The notes under the pieces are model-generated. The model saw nothing but the letters and a program-made list of their open reading frames with translations, did not search any database and had not been told where the DNA came from. Shown here one piece after another: positions 19,125 through 28,831 of a stretch of 64,000 bases of DNA. The DNA is from a virus (taxonomy: Duplodnaviria; Caudoviricetes): positions 808 through 64,807 of the IMG/VR virus record IMGVR_UViG_3300036761_002481; one strand, 5' to 3'. The translations under genes were made by a program, and so were the position numbers. Numbering within the stretch: the stretch's first letter is position 1; each line of letters starts with the position of its first letter.

Positions 19125-21086
19125 ATGGCCCGAATCGAGCGAATCAAGTTGTCCGGCTGGATGCCGTTCGCGTCCGAGCACGACGTCGCGCTGCCGGCAG
19201 GCCCGATCGCCGTCGTCGCGACATATCGCAGCAACCCGCGCCGATCGAACTGGGCAGGGAAGACTTCGCTGATCGAGGCCGTGACCTGGTGCTTGTTCGG
19301 CTCTCACCGCAAGCGGCTCGACGACGGCGTCATCAACAACAGCTGCGACGAGTGCATCGTCGAGCTCGATCTCGGCGACGGCGTGATCGCTCGCCGGAGC
19401 CGGAAGCGCGGATCGTCGACGGTGTTCACGATCACGGTCGACGGCGAGAGCCGCCGCGGTTCGGCAGCGCAGCAGCTGCTGGTCGAGCGGCTCGGCGTCA
19501 CGCTCGAAGATTACGAAGCGACCGTCAGCTTTCGGCAGGACGACATCGAGTCGATCGTGGGCCTGCGTGCGGGAATGCGGCGAGAGATCATCTCGACCTG
19601 GCTCCGGCTCGAACGCTGGACGCACGCCGCGAAGAAAGCGTCGGAGCGCTCGCGAAAGGCGCTTCAGCGGCTCGGCGAGCTCCGCGCCGCGAGAACGACG
19701 CTCGCTGCCACGCACGTCAGCGTCGACACGACCGAGAGAATGCGCGGTGAGCAGATCGCGGACGATCTCGACGACGCGCTACGCAAGCTCCGAGCGCGTG
19801 CCGCCGAGATCGATCGCGAGCTCGCTGGTAGCGACGCCGTCGACGAGCTCGAACGCCAGCTACAGGAGTTGGCGCGTCTCCGAGCGACGATCGCCGAGCT
19901 GCGGCCGCAGCTCTTGAGCCGCGCGCCGGTGCAACGCGAGTTCGACCAAGCGTCCGACGCGCTGGGCGCGGCAGCGAGCGCGCTCGACGCTGCGACGAAG
20001 CGCGACGCTGAGATCCTGCGAATCCGGTCGCGAGAGTTCGACGGGCTCTGCCCGATCACGTGCAAGAGCTGCCCGGTCGCCGACGAGGTTCAGGCAGAGG
20101 TTGCGAGCTCGGCAACGCTGCGCGCGGCCGCGATGAGCGAGCGCGAGAGAGCGACCGCTGCGAAACGAGCCGCCGAGGGCGTCGTCGAGCGATTGCGCTC
20201 GCGACTACGCACGCTCGACCAGGTCGCCGGCTCCTACAACGCGGCGATGGAACGCGGAAAAGAGCTTCGCGCTCTCGTCGGCGACCGGTCGATCGCTGAC
20301 GTCGAGGCTGCGCGCGTCGCACTCGTTCGGCTTCGAGAGCGCAAGAGCGAGATCGCGGTCGAGATCGAGCAGCACGTTCGAGAGCAGGCGAAGGTGCTCG
20401 CGGTGCTCGACGCGAGCAAGCGAACGAGCGCCGAGCTCGCTCGACTCGATCTCGAGCTGGTCGCGGCGGAGCGCGAGGTCAGGATCTCCGCGCTCATGGT
20501 GCGAGCTCTCGGACCGACCGGCGTTCCGGCACGCATTGCGCGCGCTCACATCGAGACGCTCGAGAGCTCGGCGAACGAGCTGCTCGTCGACAGCGGACTA
20601 TCGCTCGAGTTCGCTTGGGAGCGAGCGACGAAGGACCGAACGCCGACCTGCATCGAGTGCGGGCACATCTACGTCGGACAGCGCGACAAGAAGTGTCCGC
20701 ACTGCGGAGCGGAGCGAGGGCAGAAGATGAGCGACGAGCTGGAGATCATGGTCGACGATGGCTCCGGCGAGATCGAGGACGTGAAGGCGAAGAGCGGCGG
20801 CGCCAAGGTGCTCGTCGCGTCGGCACTGCGGCTCGCCGCGGCGGCGATGTTGCGCGAGGTACGCGGTGCGAGCATCGCGTGGGCGACGATCGACGAGCCG
20901 TTCGGTCCGCTCGATTCGGAGCTTCGCGAAGCGCTCGCGCGCGTCTTCTCCGGAATGCTTGGTTCTGTCGGTCTCGAGCAGGCGTTCGTCGTCAGCCACG
21001 ATCAAGCGCTGCTCGACTCGCTGCCGAGCAAGCTGGTCATCGAGCGCGCGGACGGTGCCTCGACGTTCCGCCTGGAGGCTGCGTGA
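19125..21086 (+). CDS. SbcC/Rad50 ATPase
   Basis: NWAGKTS, Q-loop, coiled coil with central Cys hook, SGG, IDEPFGPLD, SH. Confidence 0.93.
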   Translation: MARIERIKLSGWMPFASEHDVALPAGPIAVVATYRSNPRRSNWAGKTSLIEAVTWCLFGSHRKRLDDGVINNSCDECIVELDLGDGVIARRSRKRGSSTVFTITVDGESRRGSAAQQLLVERLGVTLEDYEATVSFRQDDIESIVGLRAGMRREIISTWLRLERWTHAAKKASERSRKALQRLGELRAARTTLAATHVSVDTTERMRGEQIADDLDDALRKLRARAAEIDRELAGSDAVDELERQLQELARLRATIAELRPQLLSRAPVQREFDQASDALGAAASALDAATKRDAEILRIRSREFDGLCPITCKSCPVADEVQAEVASSATLRAAAMSERERATAAKRAAEGVVERLRSRLRTLDQVAGSYNAAMERGKELRALVGDRSIADVEAARVALVRLRERKSEIAVEIEQHVREQAKVLAVLDASKRTSAELARLDLELVAAEREVRISALMVRALGPTGVPARIARAHIETLESSANELLVDSGLSLEFAWERATKDRTPTCIECGHIYVGQRDKKCPHCGAERGQKMSDELEIMVDDGSGEIEDVKAKSGGAKVLVASALRLAAAAMLREVRGASIAWATIDEPFGPLDSELREALARVFSGMLGSVGLEQAFVVSHDQALLDSLPSKLVIERADGASTFRLEAA

Positions 21087-21763
21087 GCGACCTCGTGGCC
21101 GCGATCGGTTTCGATCTCTCGCTCGAGAACACCGGGATCGTCGCGCTCCGAGCGTCGACGTTCGACTTCCCGATCGGACGCGGTCCGGAGATCGTCGCGC
21201 AGGTCTCGATCCAGACGAAGAAGCTACGCGGGATGGCGCGTCTCGAGATGATCGAGCGCGAGACCGGCAGGTTTCTCGACAAGGTCGTTCACATCCTGGG
21301 CGTCCGACCGCAAGCGGCGATCTTCGAGGGGCCCGGTTTCAACTCGCACGTCGCGCACTCGCTCGGTCACGTCCACGGGATCATCAAGCTCCGGGTCTGG
21401 CAGGTCAGCATCGCCTGCGGGATCGAGTTCATCGCCGACCTGCCGCCAGCGAACCTGAAGCAGTTCGTGACCGAGAAGGGCAACAGCGAGAAGAACGTGG
21501 TGATGAAGCGCCTGCTGTGGCGCTACGGCTACGACGACGACGACGACAACCTGAACGACGGGTATGCGTGCGCGCTCGTCGGGCTCTGCAAAGTGCTAGG
21601 CGGCGGCTCGGCGATGCAGCGCCAGGTGGTCGACGAGAAGCTGGAGGTCGGTCTTTATGAGGGTGAGAGTCAACAAGCGGCTCAGCGACGACGTGCGATC
21701 GCCGCCGTTGGATCTACGACCGGGACGCTGGCAGGACGTGTTAGGCGACGACGTTTGCCCTGA
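21083..21763 (+). CDS. RuvC-like Holliday junction resolvase
   Basis: IGFDLSLENTG, FEG, LKQFVT.KGNSEK, DDN..D. Confidence 0.8.
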   Translation: MSDLVAAIGFDLSLENTGIVALRASTFDFPIGRGPEIVAQVSIQTKKLRGMARLEMIERETGRFLDKVVHILGVRPQAAIFEGPGFNSHVAHSLGHVHGIIKLRVWQVSIACGIEFIADLPPANLKQFVTEKGNSEKNVVMKRLLWRYGYDDDDDNLNDGYACALVGLCKVLGGGSAMQRQVVDEKLEVGLYEGESQQAAQRRRAIAAVGSTTGTLAGRVRRRRLP

Positions 21764-22403
21764 TGCCGTGATCACCGATCCGCCATACAGCGAGACGACG
21801 CACCGAGGACACAACAACGCCGAGCTTGCGAGCGACGGCGGCTTTCGTCGAAAGATCGGATATGCGTACTGGACCGAGCGCGAGGTCAACGAGCTCGTCT
21901 CGACGCTCTCGCCGCGAACGAGCGGGTGGTTCGTCGCGTTCTGCGACGACGTTCTGGCACCGGTTTGGAAGCAGGCGTTCCGCGACGCGGGTCGGTACGT
22001 TTTCGCTCCGGTCCCGTTCGTCGACGTCGGCTCTCGCGTTCGGATGCGCGGTGACGGCCCGTCCTCGTGGACATGTTGGATCGTCGTCGCGCGACCACGC
22101 ACGCGTGAGATGTCGAACTGGGGAACGCTGCAAGGCGCTTACATTGCACCCAAGGGGACGCGCGAGCGCATCCGCGTTCCCGGAATCGCGAGAGCTCCGG
22201 TCGGCCTGAAGAGCCAGTGGCTGATGCGCTCGCTCGTGCGCGACTACAGCCGACCCGGCGATCTCGTCGTTGACCCGTGCGCCGGCAGCGCTTCGACGCT
22301 GATCGCCGCGGTCGCCGAAGGGCGAAGAGCGCTCGGCGCAGAGATGGATGAAACGAACCTCGAGATCGCTCGTTATCGAGCAAGCCAGGGAGAGACACGA
22401 TGA
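21657..22403 (+). CDS. N6-adenine/N4-cytosine DNA methyltransferase (beta class)
   Basis: TDPPY precedes VVDPCAGSAST; GAE. Confidence 0.88.
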   Translation: MRVRVNKRLSDDVRSPPLDLRPGRWQDVLGDDVCPDAVITDPPYSETTHRGHNNAELASDGGFRRKIGYAYWTEREVNELVSTLSPRTSGWFVAFCDDVLAPVWKQAFRDAGRYVFAPVPFVDVGSRVRMRGDGPSSWTCWIVVARPRTREMSNWGTLQGAYIAPKGTRERIRVPGIARAPVGLKSQWLMRSLVRDYSRPGDLVVDPCAGSASTLIAAVAEGRRALGAEMDETNLEIARYRASQGETR

Positions 22404-22675
22404 CCACGCCGGAGAAGAAGCTAACGCAGCAGCCGCCAGGCCACTACCACCAGGTGCTGAAGGAGCACTTTACGAACATGAGCTGGATCCAGCAGCGCGT
22501 TTGCACCGCGGCGATCGACGAGTACGAGGCGCTTGCGAAGCGCGAGTCGTTCCTGAAATCCGAGAACGACAAGCTGATCTCGAACGTCGCCGGTTTGACG
22601 AAACGCCTGCTGACGCGGAAGCCGAAGCTCGCGGTTCGAGAGAAGAACGGCAGCGCCGCTCGCGTGACCCGATGA
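22400..22675 (+). CDS. Hypothetical protein
   Basis: ATGA-coupled. Confidence 0.55.
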   Translation: MTTPEKKLTQQPPGHYHQVLKEHFTNMSWIQQRVCTAAIDEYEALAKRESFLKSENDKLISNVAGLTKRLLTRKPKLAVREKNGSAARVTR

Positions 22676-23058
22676 CCGGCGAGCGCATCGCGGTGCTCGG
22701 AGGTCTCGAGTACACGAACCACTCGGCGGTCAGGCGCTTCATCAAGCTGCTAGCTGCCGGAACGGTCGTGTTGCTCGACGACGATCCGTTCGATGTGCAC
22801 GTCGCCGCGCTGCGCGAGTGCCGCTGCTCGTCGCTGGTCGCCGTCGTTCATCGACTACCGTCGAACGCCGGCAGGAAAGCAGTCGAGGCGCGTCGCCAGC
22901 GCGACCTGGTCTTGCTCGAGAGCGCGAGCCGAGCGGTCGTGTTCGGGCGGCTCTCGCCCGACAGAGAGTCGACCTTGAGCGAGCTCGAGGGACGAGGGTT
23001 ATCGGTGGAGAGGAGATCTGATGAAGAACGAGCAGCAGCAGCAGCAACAGAAGGCTAG
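22672..23058 (+). CDS. Putative SLOG/YspA-like protein
   Basis: RIAVLGG..Y N-terminus; RRQRD. Confidence 0.4.
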   Translation: MTGERIAVLGGLEYTNHSAVRRFIKLLAAGTVVLLDDDPFDVHVAALRECRCSSLVAVVHRLPSNAGRKAVEARRQRDLVLLESASRAVVFGRLSPDRESTLSELEGRGLSVERRSDEERAAAAATEG

Positions 23059-23395
23059 CAACCGCCGCGCGAAGCGGCTTCGAGCGAAGGAGCAGCGGCT
23101 CACGGCCAAGCGACGCGGCAGGCAGTCGAGCGTCGTGCCGGCGTCAGTTGCCGGCGCGATCGCGGTCGAGGGGCAGAACTTGAAGCGAGTTCTATTCGCG
23201 CTGCTCGACGCCGCCGGCGGCACGGTCGAGATCACGCGCGAGTCGATCGTTCGAGTCACCACGGATAGGTTGATCCTGCGAAGCACGCCGCGCGAGGACG
23301 GCGGATACATGCTGGAGCTAGTGCCGAAGATCGATGAGCCGCTGCTCGATCGCTCCGGGTCGCACGAGCAGCGGAGAGCGGAGTCGTCGCCATGA
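23021..23395 (+). CDS. Hypothetical protein
   Basis: GGAG RBS; coupled downstream. Confidence 0.5.
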   Translation: MKNEQQQQQQKASNRRAKRLRAKEQRLTAKRRGRQSSVVPASVAGAIAVEGQNLKRVLFALLDAAGGTVEITRESIVRVTTDRLILRSTPREDGGYMLELVPKIDEPLLDRSGSHEQRRAESSP

Positions 23396-23934
23396 CTCCG
23401 ACGATCGCCGAGCTCGCCGAGCGTGCCTGCCTGCGCTTGATCACGTGCGAGCGGAACCTCGGGAAGATGCGACCGGAGGCGTGCGTGATGCGCTGGATGG
23501 TCGCCGACGGTCGAGCGCCAGGTACCGCGAACGTCCGGGAGTCGCGGTGCCGCGACTGCGAGCACGGTGCCGCGCGGCACGCGGCGATGAAGCCGATCGA
23601 GCAGCGCGCGCTTCTGTCGCGGCTCGGCGGGCGACCTCGGAAACCGCGCCGAGCGCCCAAGCCGCCGGTCATGCGGAAGTGTGAGGGTCCCGGCTGCGAG
23701 GTCGTCTTCCAGCTCCACGGCGCCGTCGACGGCAACAAGCGCTACCACGACGATGCCTGCCGCGCGGCCGCGCGAGCGCTTGCGCCGAAGAAGAAGCGCG
23801 AATCGTCACCTCAGCTGCCGGTCGAGGAGCGGCGGCGTTGCTCCGACGCGACCTGCGGCGAGGTGCTCGCGATCGGGCAGTCCTGCACGAGCTGCATGTC
23901 GCTCCGAGCGGTCCGGCGCGTCAGCGGCGTTTGA
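23392..23934 (+). CDS. Cys-rich (Zn-binding) hypothetical protein
   Basis: Several CxxC-type motifs. Confidence 0.55.
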   Translation: MTPTIAELAERACLRLITCERNLGKMRPEACVMRWMVADGRAPGTANVRESRCRDCEHGAARHAAMKPIEQRALLSRLGGRPRKPRRAPKPPVMRKCEGPGCEVVFQLHGAVDGNKRYHDDACRAAARALAPKKKRESSPQLPVEERRRCSDATCGEVLAIGQSCTSCMSLRAVRRVSGV

Positions 23935-23966
23935 TCGCCGGCTCGGTTCCGGTCCACGCTTACCGC

Positions 23967-24920
23967 GTGACCGACCAACCACGAAGTCGCCGAAGTCCGG
24001 CAGCCGGCAAGCCGAAGAAGTTCTCGGAAGCCGAGTGGGACTCGATGGTCAACGCGTTTCGCGAGCATCCGGGGCAAACGACGCGCGTCTCGGAGCTGAC
24101 CGGCATCAAGCGAGCGCGCGTCGTCCGGGCTTGGCATCACGGGTACGAGCTCCAGGGCCGACCGCCGATCTCGGAGCTCCTGGACGCCGACAAGGTGCTC
24201 GCGCGGGCGAAGCGCGCCGACCTCGTGCCGGGAGCGACCGTCATCGTCGAGGACGAGCCTGGCGATCTCGCCGCCGAGGTCGTCGACACGATCGAGCCTG
24301 ACGACGTCGTCCACACGCGACAGCACCGGAAGATGATGGCCGGCATGGTCGAGCGCGACCGGATTCGCCGGAAGGCTCTCGAGGACTCCGCTCGGACGCG
24401 TGCCGAGGAGGGCGCGCTGATCGCGGTCAGCCGGCGCAACGTGATGGCGCTCGGCACGATCTCCGCGCAAGTGCTTCGCGGCGCCCAGCAGCTCGCGACC
24501 CGGATGCAGAAGCAGCTCGAGAAGGCGAGCAACACCGACATCTCGCTGAAGGAGGGCATGCAGCTTATCCAGCGCGCGTCGGTCGTCGTTCGGCTCGGCA
24601 CAGAGGCGGGCAAGATGGCGGTCCAGATGGAGCGTCTCGCGATGGGTCAACCGATCGGCGAGGGACTCGACACGAACACGACGAAGCTCTCGCCCGACGA
24701 CGCCGAGCGCTGGATCGACATGACCGTGAGAGCGCTCGAGCGAGCGCGCAGGCGGCGAGAGAGCGGAGGCGAGAATGAGGTTCCGAGCCGGAGCGCTCAG
24801 GCAGAGCGACCACCCGAGCGACCGAGCGAGCAGCCAGCAGCACCCGAACCTCCGCACCGTCTCGAGCCGGACGCAGGACTCGCCAGAGCCGTCGGTCGCA
24901 CCACGCCCGAGCTCAACTGA
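23967..24920 (+). CDS. Candidate terminase small subunit (N-terminal HTH)
   Basis: HTH-like TRVSELTGIKRARVVRAW; directly upstream of TerL; start uncertain. Confidence 0.5.
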   Translation: MTDQPRSRRSPAAGKPKKFSEAEWDSMVNAFREHPGQTTRVSELTGIKRARVVRAWHHGYELQGRPPISELLDADKVLARAKRADLVPGATVIVEDEPGDLAAEVVDTIEPDDVVHTRQHRKMMAGMVERDRIRRKALEDSARTRAEEGALIAVSRRNVMALGTISAQVLRGAQQLATRMQKQLEKASNTDISLKEGMQLIQRASVVVRLGTEAGKMAVQMERLAMGQPIGEGLDTNTTKLSPDDAERWIDMTVRALERARRRRESGGENEVPSRSAQAERPPERPSEQPAAPEPPHRLEPDAGLARAVGRTTPELN

Positions 24921-26439
24921 GCCTCCCCCGGCACCGGCGCCCGCTCCCGAGGATCTCGAGCTCGAGGTCCGCGGGCTCGAAGCGCGCGCGATCATGATCG
25001 AGCTCTGCAGAGAGGACGTGAACGACTTCTGCGAGTTCGTTCTTCGTGACGACGACAGCGGCGAGCCGATCTCGCAGCTCGATTTCCACGTGCAGATCCA
25101 GGACGCGTTCGATCGCTACAAGAAGATCGTCGTGATGGCTCACCCCGAATCGGGGAAGACGAACCAGCTCGCGATCGGTCGAGTGCTCTGGGAGCTCGGC
25201 AGGAATCCTAACTTGCGCGTGATGCTGATCGGCAACACGCAGGAGAGCGCGCGGAAAAGTCTCACGTCGATCAAGAAGTACATCGAGAAAAGCGAAGAGC
25301 TCCATCTCGTGTTCCCCGATCTTCGGAAGGGCGACATCTGGCAGGACGTCGCGATCACGGTCCAGCGCCCGACCTACTCGAAGGATCTAACCGTCCTGGC
25401 CGTCGGCTACGGCTCGAACAACGTGCTCGGTTCGCGCGTCGATCTGATGATCATGGACGACTTGCTGAACCTCGACACGACGTCGACCGAGGCGCAGCGC
25501 AGGAAGGTCAGCCAGTGGGTGCGCACGACCGCTCTGTCGCGCTGCGCGCTCAACGCGCGCGTCGCGTTCCTTACGAACGCTTGGCACCCGCGCGACCTCG
25601 CCCACGAGCTGTTCAAAGAACGCGGCTGGCACCTCGTCAAGCGACCGATTCGCGTTCCGGACGCCGACGGCAACCTCGTGTCGGTCTGGCCGGAGCGCTG
25701 GCCCGAGCACCGCATCCGAGAGAAGGAGAAGGGCGGCTCGCTCGAGTTCGCTCAGATCTACATGTGCGAGCCGCGCGACGAGGGCGACATCATCTTCAAG
25801 CCGGCGTTCTTCGTTCTCTGCAAGCGAAAGGGGCAGGGCATCGCGCCGGTCCAGCGGCTCGACTCGATCCCGCCTGGCTGCCTCGTCGTCTCCGGCGTCG
25901 ACATCGGCGGCACCAGGATCGTCGGAGCGCTGTCGGTCATCGCGACGCTGTTCCTGCATCCGAACGGCGTCCGCCAACCGCTCTGGTGCGAGTCCGGCCG
26001 CTGGGGCGTCACCGAGCTGATTCATCGCGTCGTCTCGACCGGCCAGCGCTACGGCGGCGTCATCGCGGTCGAGAACAACGGCATCCAGCAGCACCTGGTC
26101 GATCTCGCGATCGAGAACAACACCGCGGTCGTTCCGATCATCCCGTACTACACCGGCGCGCAGAAGTCCGACCCACGCTTCGGCGTCGCGTCGATGGCGA
26201 GCGAGTTCGAGGGCGCGCGCTGGATGTGGCCGACCGAGTATCCGGACCTGATGTCGCGGAACGTCGAACGCGAGCTCGAAGAGTCGATCGTCGACATGAT
26301 CGACTACACGCCCGAGGCGCACACCGGAGACCGCCTGATGGCTTGGTGGATCGCTCGCGAGGTCGCTCGCCGGCTTCACGCTTACCTGTTCGGCGACGAC
26401 TCGCAGAGAAACAGCGTCGCGGTTCAGGTCTTCGGCTAG
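24775..26439 (+). CDS. terL: Terminase large subunit
   Basis: HPESGKT Walker A, LMIMDD Walker B, GVDIG, VENNG, HTGDRLMA. Confidence 0.9.
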   Translation: MRFRAGALRQSDHPSDRASSQQHPNLRTVSSRTQDSPEPSVAPRPSSTEPPPAPAPAPEDLELEVRGLEARAIMIELCREDVNDFCEFVLRDDDSGEPISQLDFHVQIQDAFDRYKKIVVMAHPESGKTNQLAIGRVLWELGRNPNLRVMLIGNTQESARKSLTSIKKYIEKSEELHLVFPDLRKGDIWQDVAITVQRPTYSKDLTVLAVGYGSNNVLGSRVDLMIMDDLLNLDTTSTEAQRRKVSQWVRTTALSRCALNARVAFLTNAWHPRDLAHELFKERGWHLVKRPIRVPDADGNLVSVWPERWPEHRIREKEKGGSLEFAQIYMCEPRDEGDIIFKPAFFVLCKRKGQGIAPVQRLDSIPPGCLVVSGVDIGGTRIVGALSVIATLFLHPNGVRQPLWCESGRWGVTELIHRVVSTGQRYGGVIAVENNGIQQHLVDLAIENNTAVVPIIPYYTGAQKSDPRFGVASMASEFEGARWMWPTEYPDLMSRNVERELEESIVDMIDYTPEAHTGDRLMAWWIAREVARRLHAYLFGDDSQRNSVAVQVFG

Positions 26440-26544
26440 GCGGCGAAGCCGTCGAGTTGTCCCCGATCGGCCAGGAGCCGGTGTAGGTTCCGGTGCTCCG
26501 AAAGCCGCATAATCTTGGAGCTCGGGGGACTTTCCTCTAGTCTT

Positions 26545-26564
26545 GTATCCACGAGTCGAGATAC
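26545..26564 (+). promoter_or_regulatory. GTATC-N10-GATAC operator/promoter, divergent copy
   Basis: ttGTATCCacgagtcgaGATACtaaa has the same spacing and flanks as the 48493 copy; intergenic. Confidence 0.55.
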
Positions 26565-26621
26565 TAAACCGGCTCGAGAGTTCCCTTCTCCGGGAGCTCC
26601 GAGTCGAGGAGGAAAGCGGGA

Positions 26622-26960
26622 ATGACGACGACGACGAAGACGCCGAGAGGCGAGAAGACGCGGTTCGTTTTGGAACACGGTCCGAACGAGCCGGTCGAAG
26701 CGATCATCGCGGCGGCGAGAAAGGCCGGTCTTCGGATCACGCCGCAGCACGTCTACCAGGTCCGTTCGCGGCTCCGGATCGAGCCGGCTAGCGTAGGGGC
26801 CATGCGACCGGCGAAGCGCCCGGAGCGGGCGGTCAGGAGCGCCGAGCAGCAGTTCCAGGACATCGCTCTCGCGATCGGTCTCGTTCGCTCGGTCGAGCTG
26901 ATCCAACAGACTCGCACGCTCGCTCGCGGCATCATCAACGGAATCGGCGCGCCGGCGTGA
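26622..26960 (+). CDS. Hypothetical protein
   Basis: GAGGAGG RBS. Confidence 0.6.
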   Translation: MTTTTKTPRGEKTRFVLEHGPNEPVEAIIAAARKAGLRITPQHVYQVRSRLRIEPASVGAMRPAKRPERAVRSAEQQFQDIALAIGLVRSVELIQQTRTLARGIINGIGAPA

Positions 26961-27184
26961 GCGAGCTGACCAGCTGCAACTACTGCACCCTTCGGGCGAT
27001 CCGGAACAGGGCCCCGAAGGGTGCGCGCGTGATCGTTCGAGAGCACGACGGGCGGTTCAGCGGCTTCGAAGGCGGCGTCGACGTTTTCGTCGTCCCGGCC
27101 GGCATCGCGGTCTCGGACGACGACGATCTCGGCTCCTACCACAAGTGCTGGTTCATGGAGCTCACGACGAAGTGCGCTTGCTGA
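26957..27184 (+). CDS. Small Cys-containing protein
   Basis: CNYC..CAC; coupled. Confidence 0.55.
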   Translation: MSELTSCNYCTLRAIRNRAPKGARVIVREHDGRFSGFEGGVDVFVVPAGIAVSDDDDLGSYHKCWFMELTTKCAC

Positions 27185-27200
27185 GAGGAAATCTCGAGCC

Positions 27201-27695
27201 ATGTCGAAAAAGAGACCGACGATCGACAAGCGCTACGCGGACGCTGCCGCGCTGCTTCGCGAGTTCGCGGACGGCGACGCGGCGTTCGTTTACGTCGCGA
27301 ACGGTTCGAGCGGGAGCGGCTACAGCCTCGATCGCGGCGCGATGGCTGACCCGCAGAAGCGGCGGAAGCTGGCGAAAGCGCTCGCCCTGATCGCGCTAAC
27401 GCTCGCGCTCGACGCCGACATCGAGATGGGCGTCGCGAGTCCGAGCGACAAACCGCCGCCGCCGGACGAGACGCCGGACCCGCATCATCATTGCCCGACC
27501 TGCAGGTCGGGGATCGCGGAACCGGAGCACGAGATGAACGCCGACGATCTGGCGATCTGCTACGGCTGCGGGACTCCGCTCGTCGTCGTCGCGATCGACG
27601 GCGGGCTCGGCTTCCGGCGAGCGAAGCCTGACGAGATGCCGCCGGGCTTTGCTCGGCGCGTAGAGGAGATCGCTCGGAAGAGAGGGCAGGCGTGA
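27201..27695 (+). CDS. Zn-ribbon hypothetical protein
   Basis: CPTC..CYGC. Confidence 0.55.
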   Translation: MSKKRPTIDKRYADAAALLREFADGDAAFVYVANGSSGSGYSLDRGAMADPQKRRKLAKALALIALTLALDADIEMGVASPSDKPPPPDETPDPHHHCPTCRSGIAEPEHEMNADDLAICYGCGTPLVVVAIDGGLGFRRAKPDEMPPGFARRVEEIARKRGQA

Positions 27696-28015
27696 TCGTC
27701 AACGTCAAAGGGCTCGATCGAGCCGAGCTGCTCGCAGGGCTCTACAACGCGACGCACGCCGTCGGTCTCGGCGTCCGCGACGATCTTCGACGCGACATGA
27801 CCGTCGACGAGGCGCGGCAGCGACTCCACGAGCGTCGGTCCGAGCTCGGACCGCTTCGTCGCCACGGACTGCTCGCGGCCTTCGACTGGGTCGCCGGCCG
27901 TCCGATCAAGTGCGACGTCGACCAGGACGAGATCGACTTCGACGTTTACGACGACGTGGCCGGTCCGGGGACCGGTGCGAGAGTCGTACAGCAACTGCGG
28001 GAGAAACAGAGATGA
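27692..28015 (+). CDS. Hypothetical protein
   Basis: GLDRAELLAGLYN..FDWVAGRPIK; coupled. Confidence 0.6.
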   Translation: MIVNVKGLDRAELLAGLYNATHAVGLGVRDDLRRDMTVDEARQRLHERRSELGPLRRHGLLAAFDWVAGRPIKCDVDQDEIDFDVYDDVAGPGTGARVVQQLREKQR

Positions 28016-28371
28016 CCGAAGCGCGCCGCGCGATGATCGTCCGAAAGAAGCAGTGCAAAGCGTGCCCCTGGCGGCGAGACGTTCTGCCCGCCAAGGAGAT
28101 CCCGAACGGCTACTGCCGAGCGAAGCACGCGAACCTCGATAGAACGATCGCGAAGCCGGGAGTGCTGTCGACCAGCGACACGTTGCGGCTGATGGCCTGC
28201 CACGAGTCGCCGGTCGGCCGCGAGTATCCGTGCGTCGGCTGGCTCGCGAACCAGCTCGGGCCGGGGAACAACCTGACGTTGCGGCTTCTCGCTCGCGACG
28301 GTCGCTTCAGCGGGATCCGGACCGTCGGCGCGCAGTGCGAGACCCTGCAAGAGACGCTGAGGCCGGAATGA
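28012..28371 (+). CDS. DUF6283-like Cys-rich protein
   Basis: CKACPWR..MACHES..CVGWL. Confidence 0.6.
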   Translation: MTEARRAMIVRKKQCKACPWRRDVLPAKEIPNGYCRAKHANLDRTIAKPGVLSTSDTLRLMACHESPVGREYPCVGWLANQLGPGNNLTLRLLARDGRFSGIRTVGAQCETLQETLRPE

Positions 28372-28718
28372 CCGCCGCGGTCGAGAGCCATCGAGTCGGC
28401 GACTACACGATACGGTTCGACGCGCGGCTCGACGCTTCGCGCTTCGTCGTCGTCGAGCACGCATCGATCTGGCGACTGCTCGCGCGCGCGTTGACGCTCT
28501 GGCTCGGCTTCCGAGGCGACCGCTCGACCTGCGGGCTCGTCGAGCACGTCGGGAGCTCGTCGGGACCGATCGCCGAGCACGTCGTCTGCGGCGTCCGGAT
28601 CCTGGTCGACACAGGGCAGGCGCCGCTATCGCCGAGCGTCGAGCGCTCGTTCGCGCTTCGGTGGCTCGCGATGCAGCAGCGGCTACGGAACGACTTCCAG
28701 CAGAGGAGAGCGTCATGA
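28368..28718 (+). CDS. Hypothetical protein
   Basis: ATGA-coupled. Confidence 0.45.
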   Translation: MTAAVESHRVGDYTIRFDARLDASRFVVVEHASIWRLLARALTLWLGFRGDRSTCGLVEHVGSSSGPIAEHVVCGVRILVDTGQAPLSPSVERSFALRWLAMQQRLRNDFQQRRAS

Positions 28719-28831
28719 GCAGCTTCAGCCCGGAGCAGATAGCGGCGGTCGCTCCGCACGTCGCGGGCAAGATCGTCCACGAGGCATTCGATCACTCGAT
28801 GTCGGTTAACAAGGATCGGAGTTAACAGCCG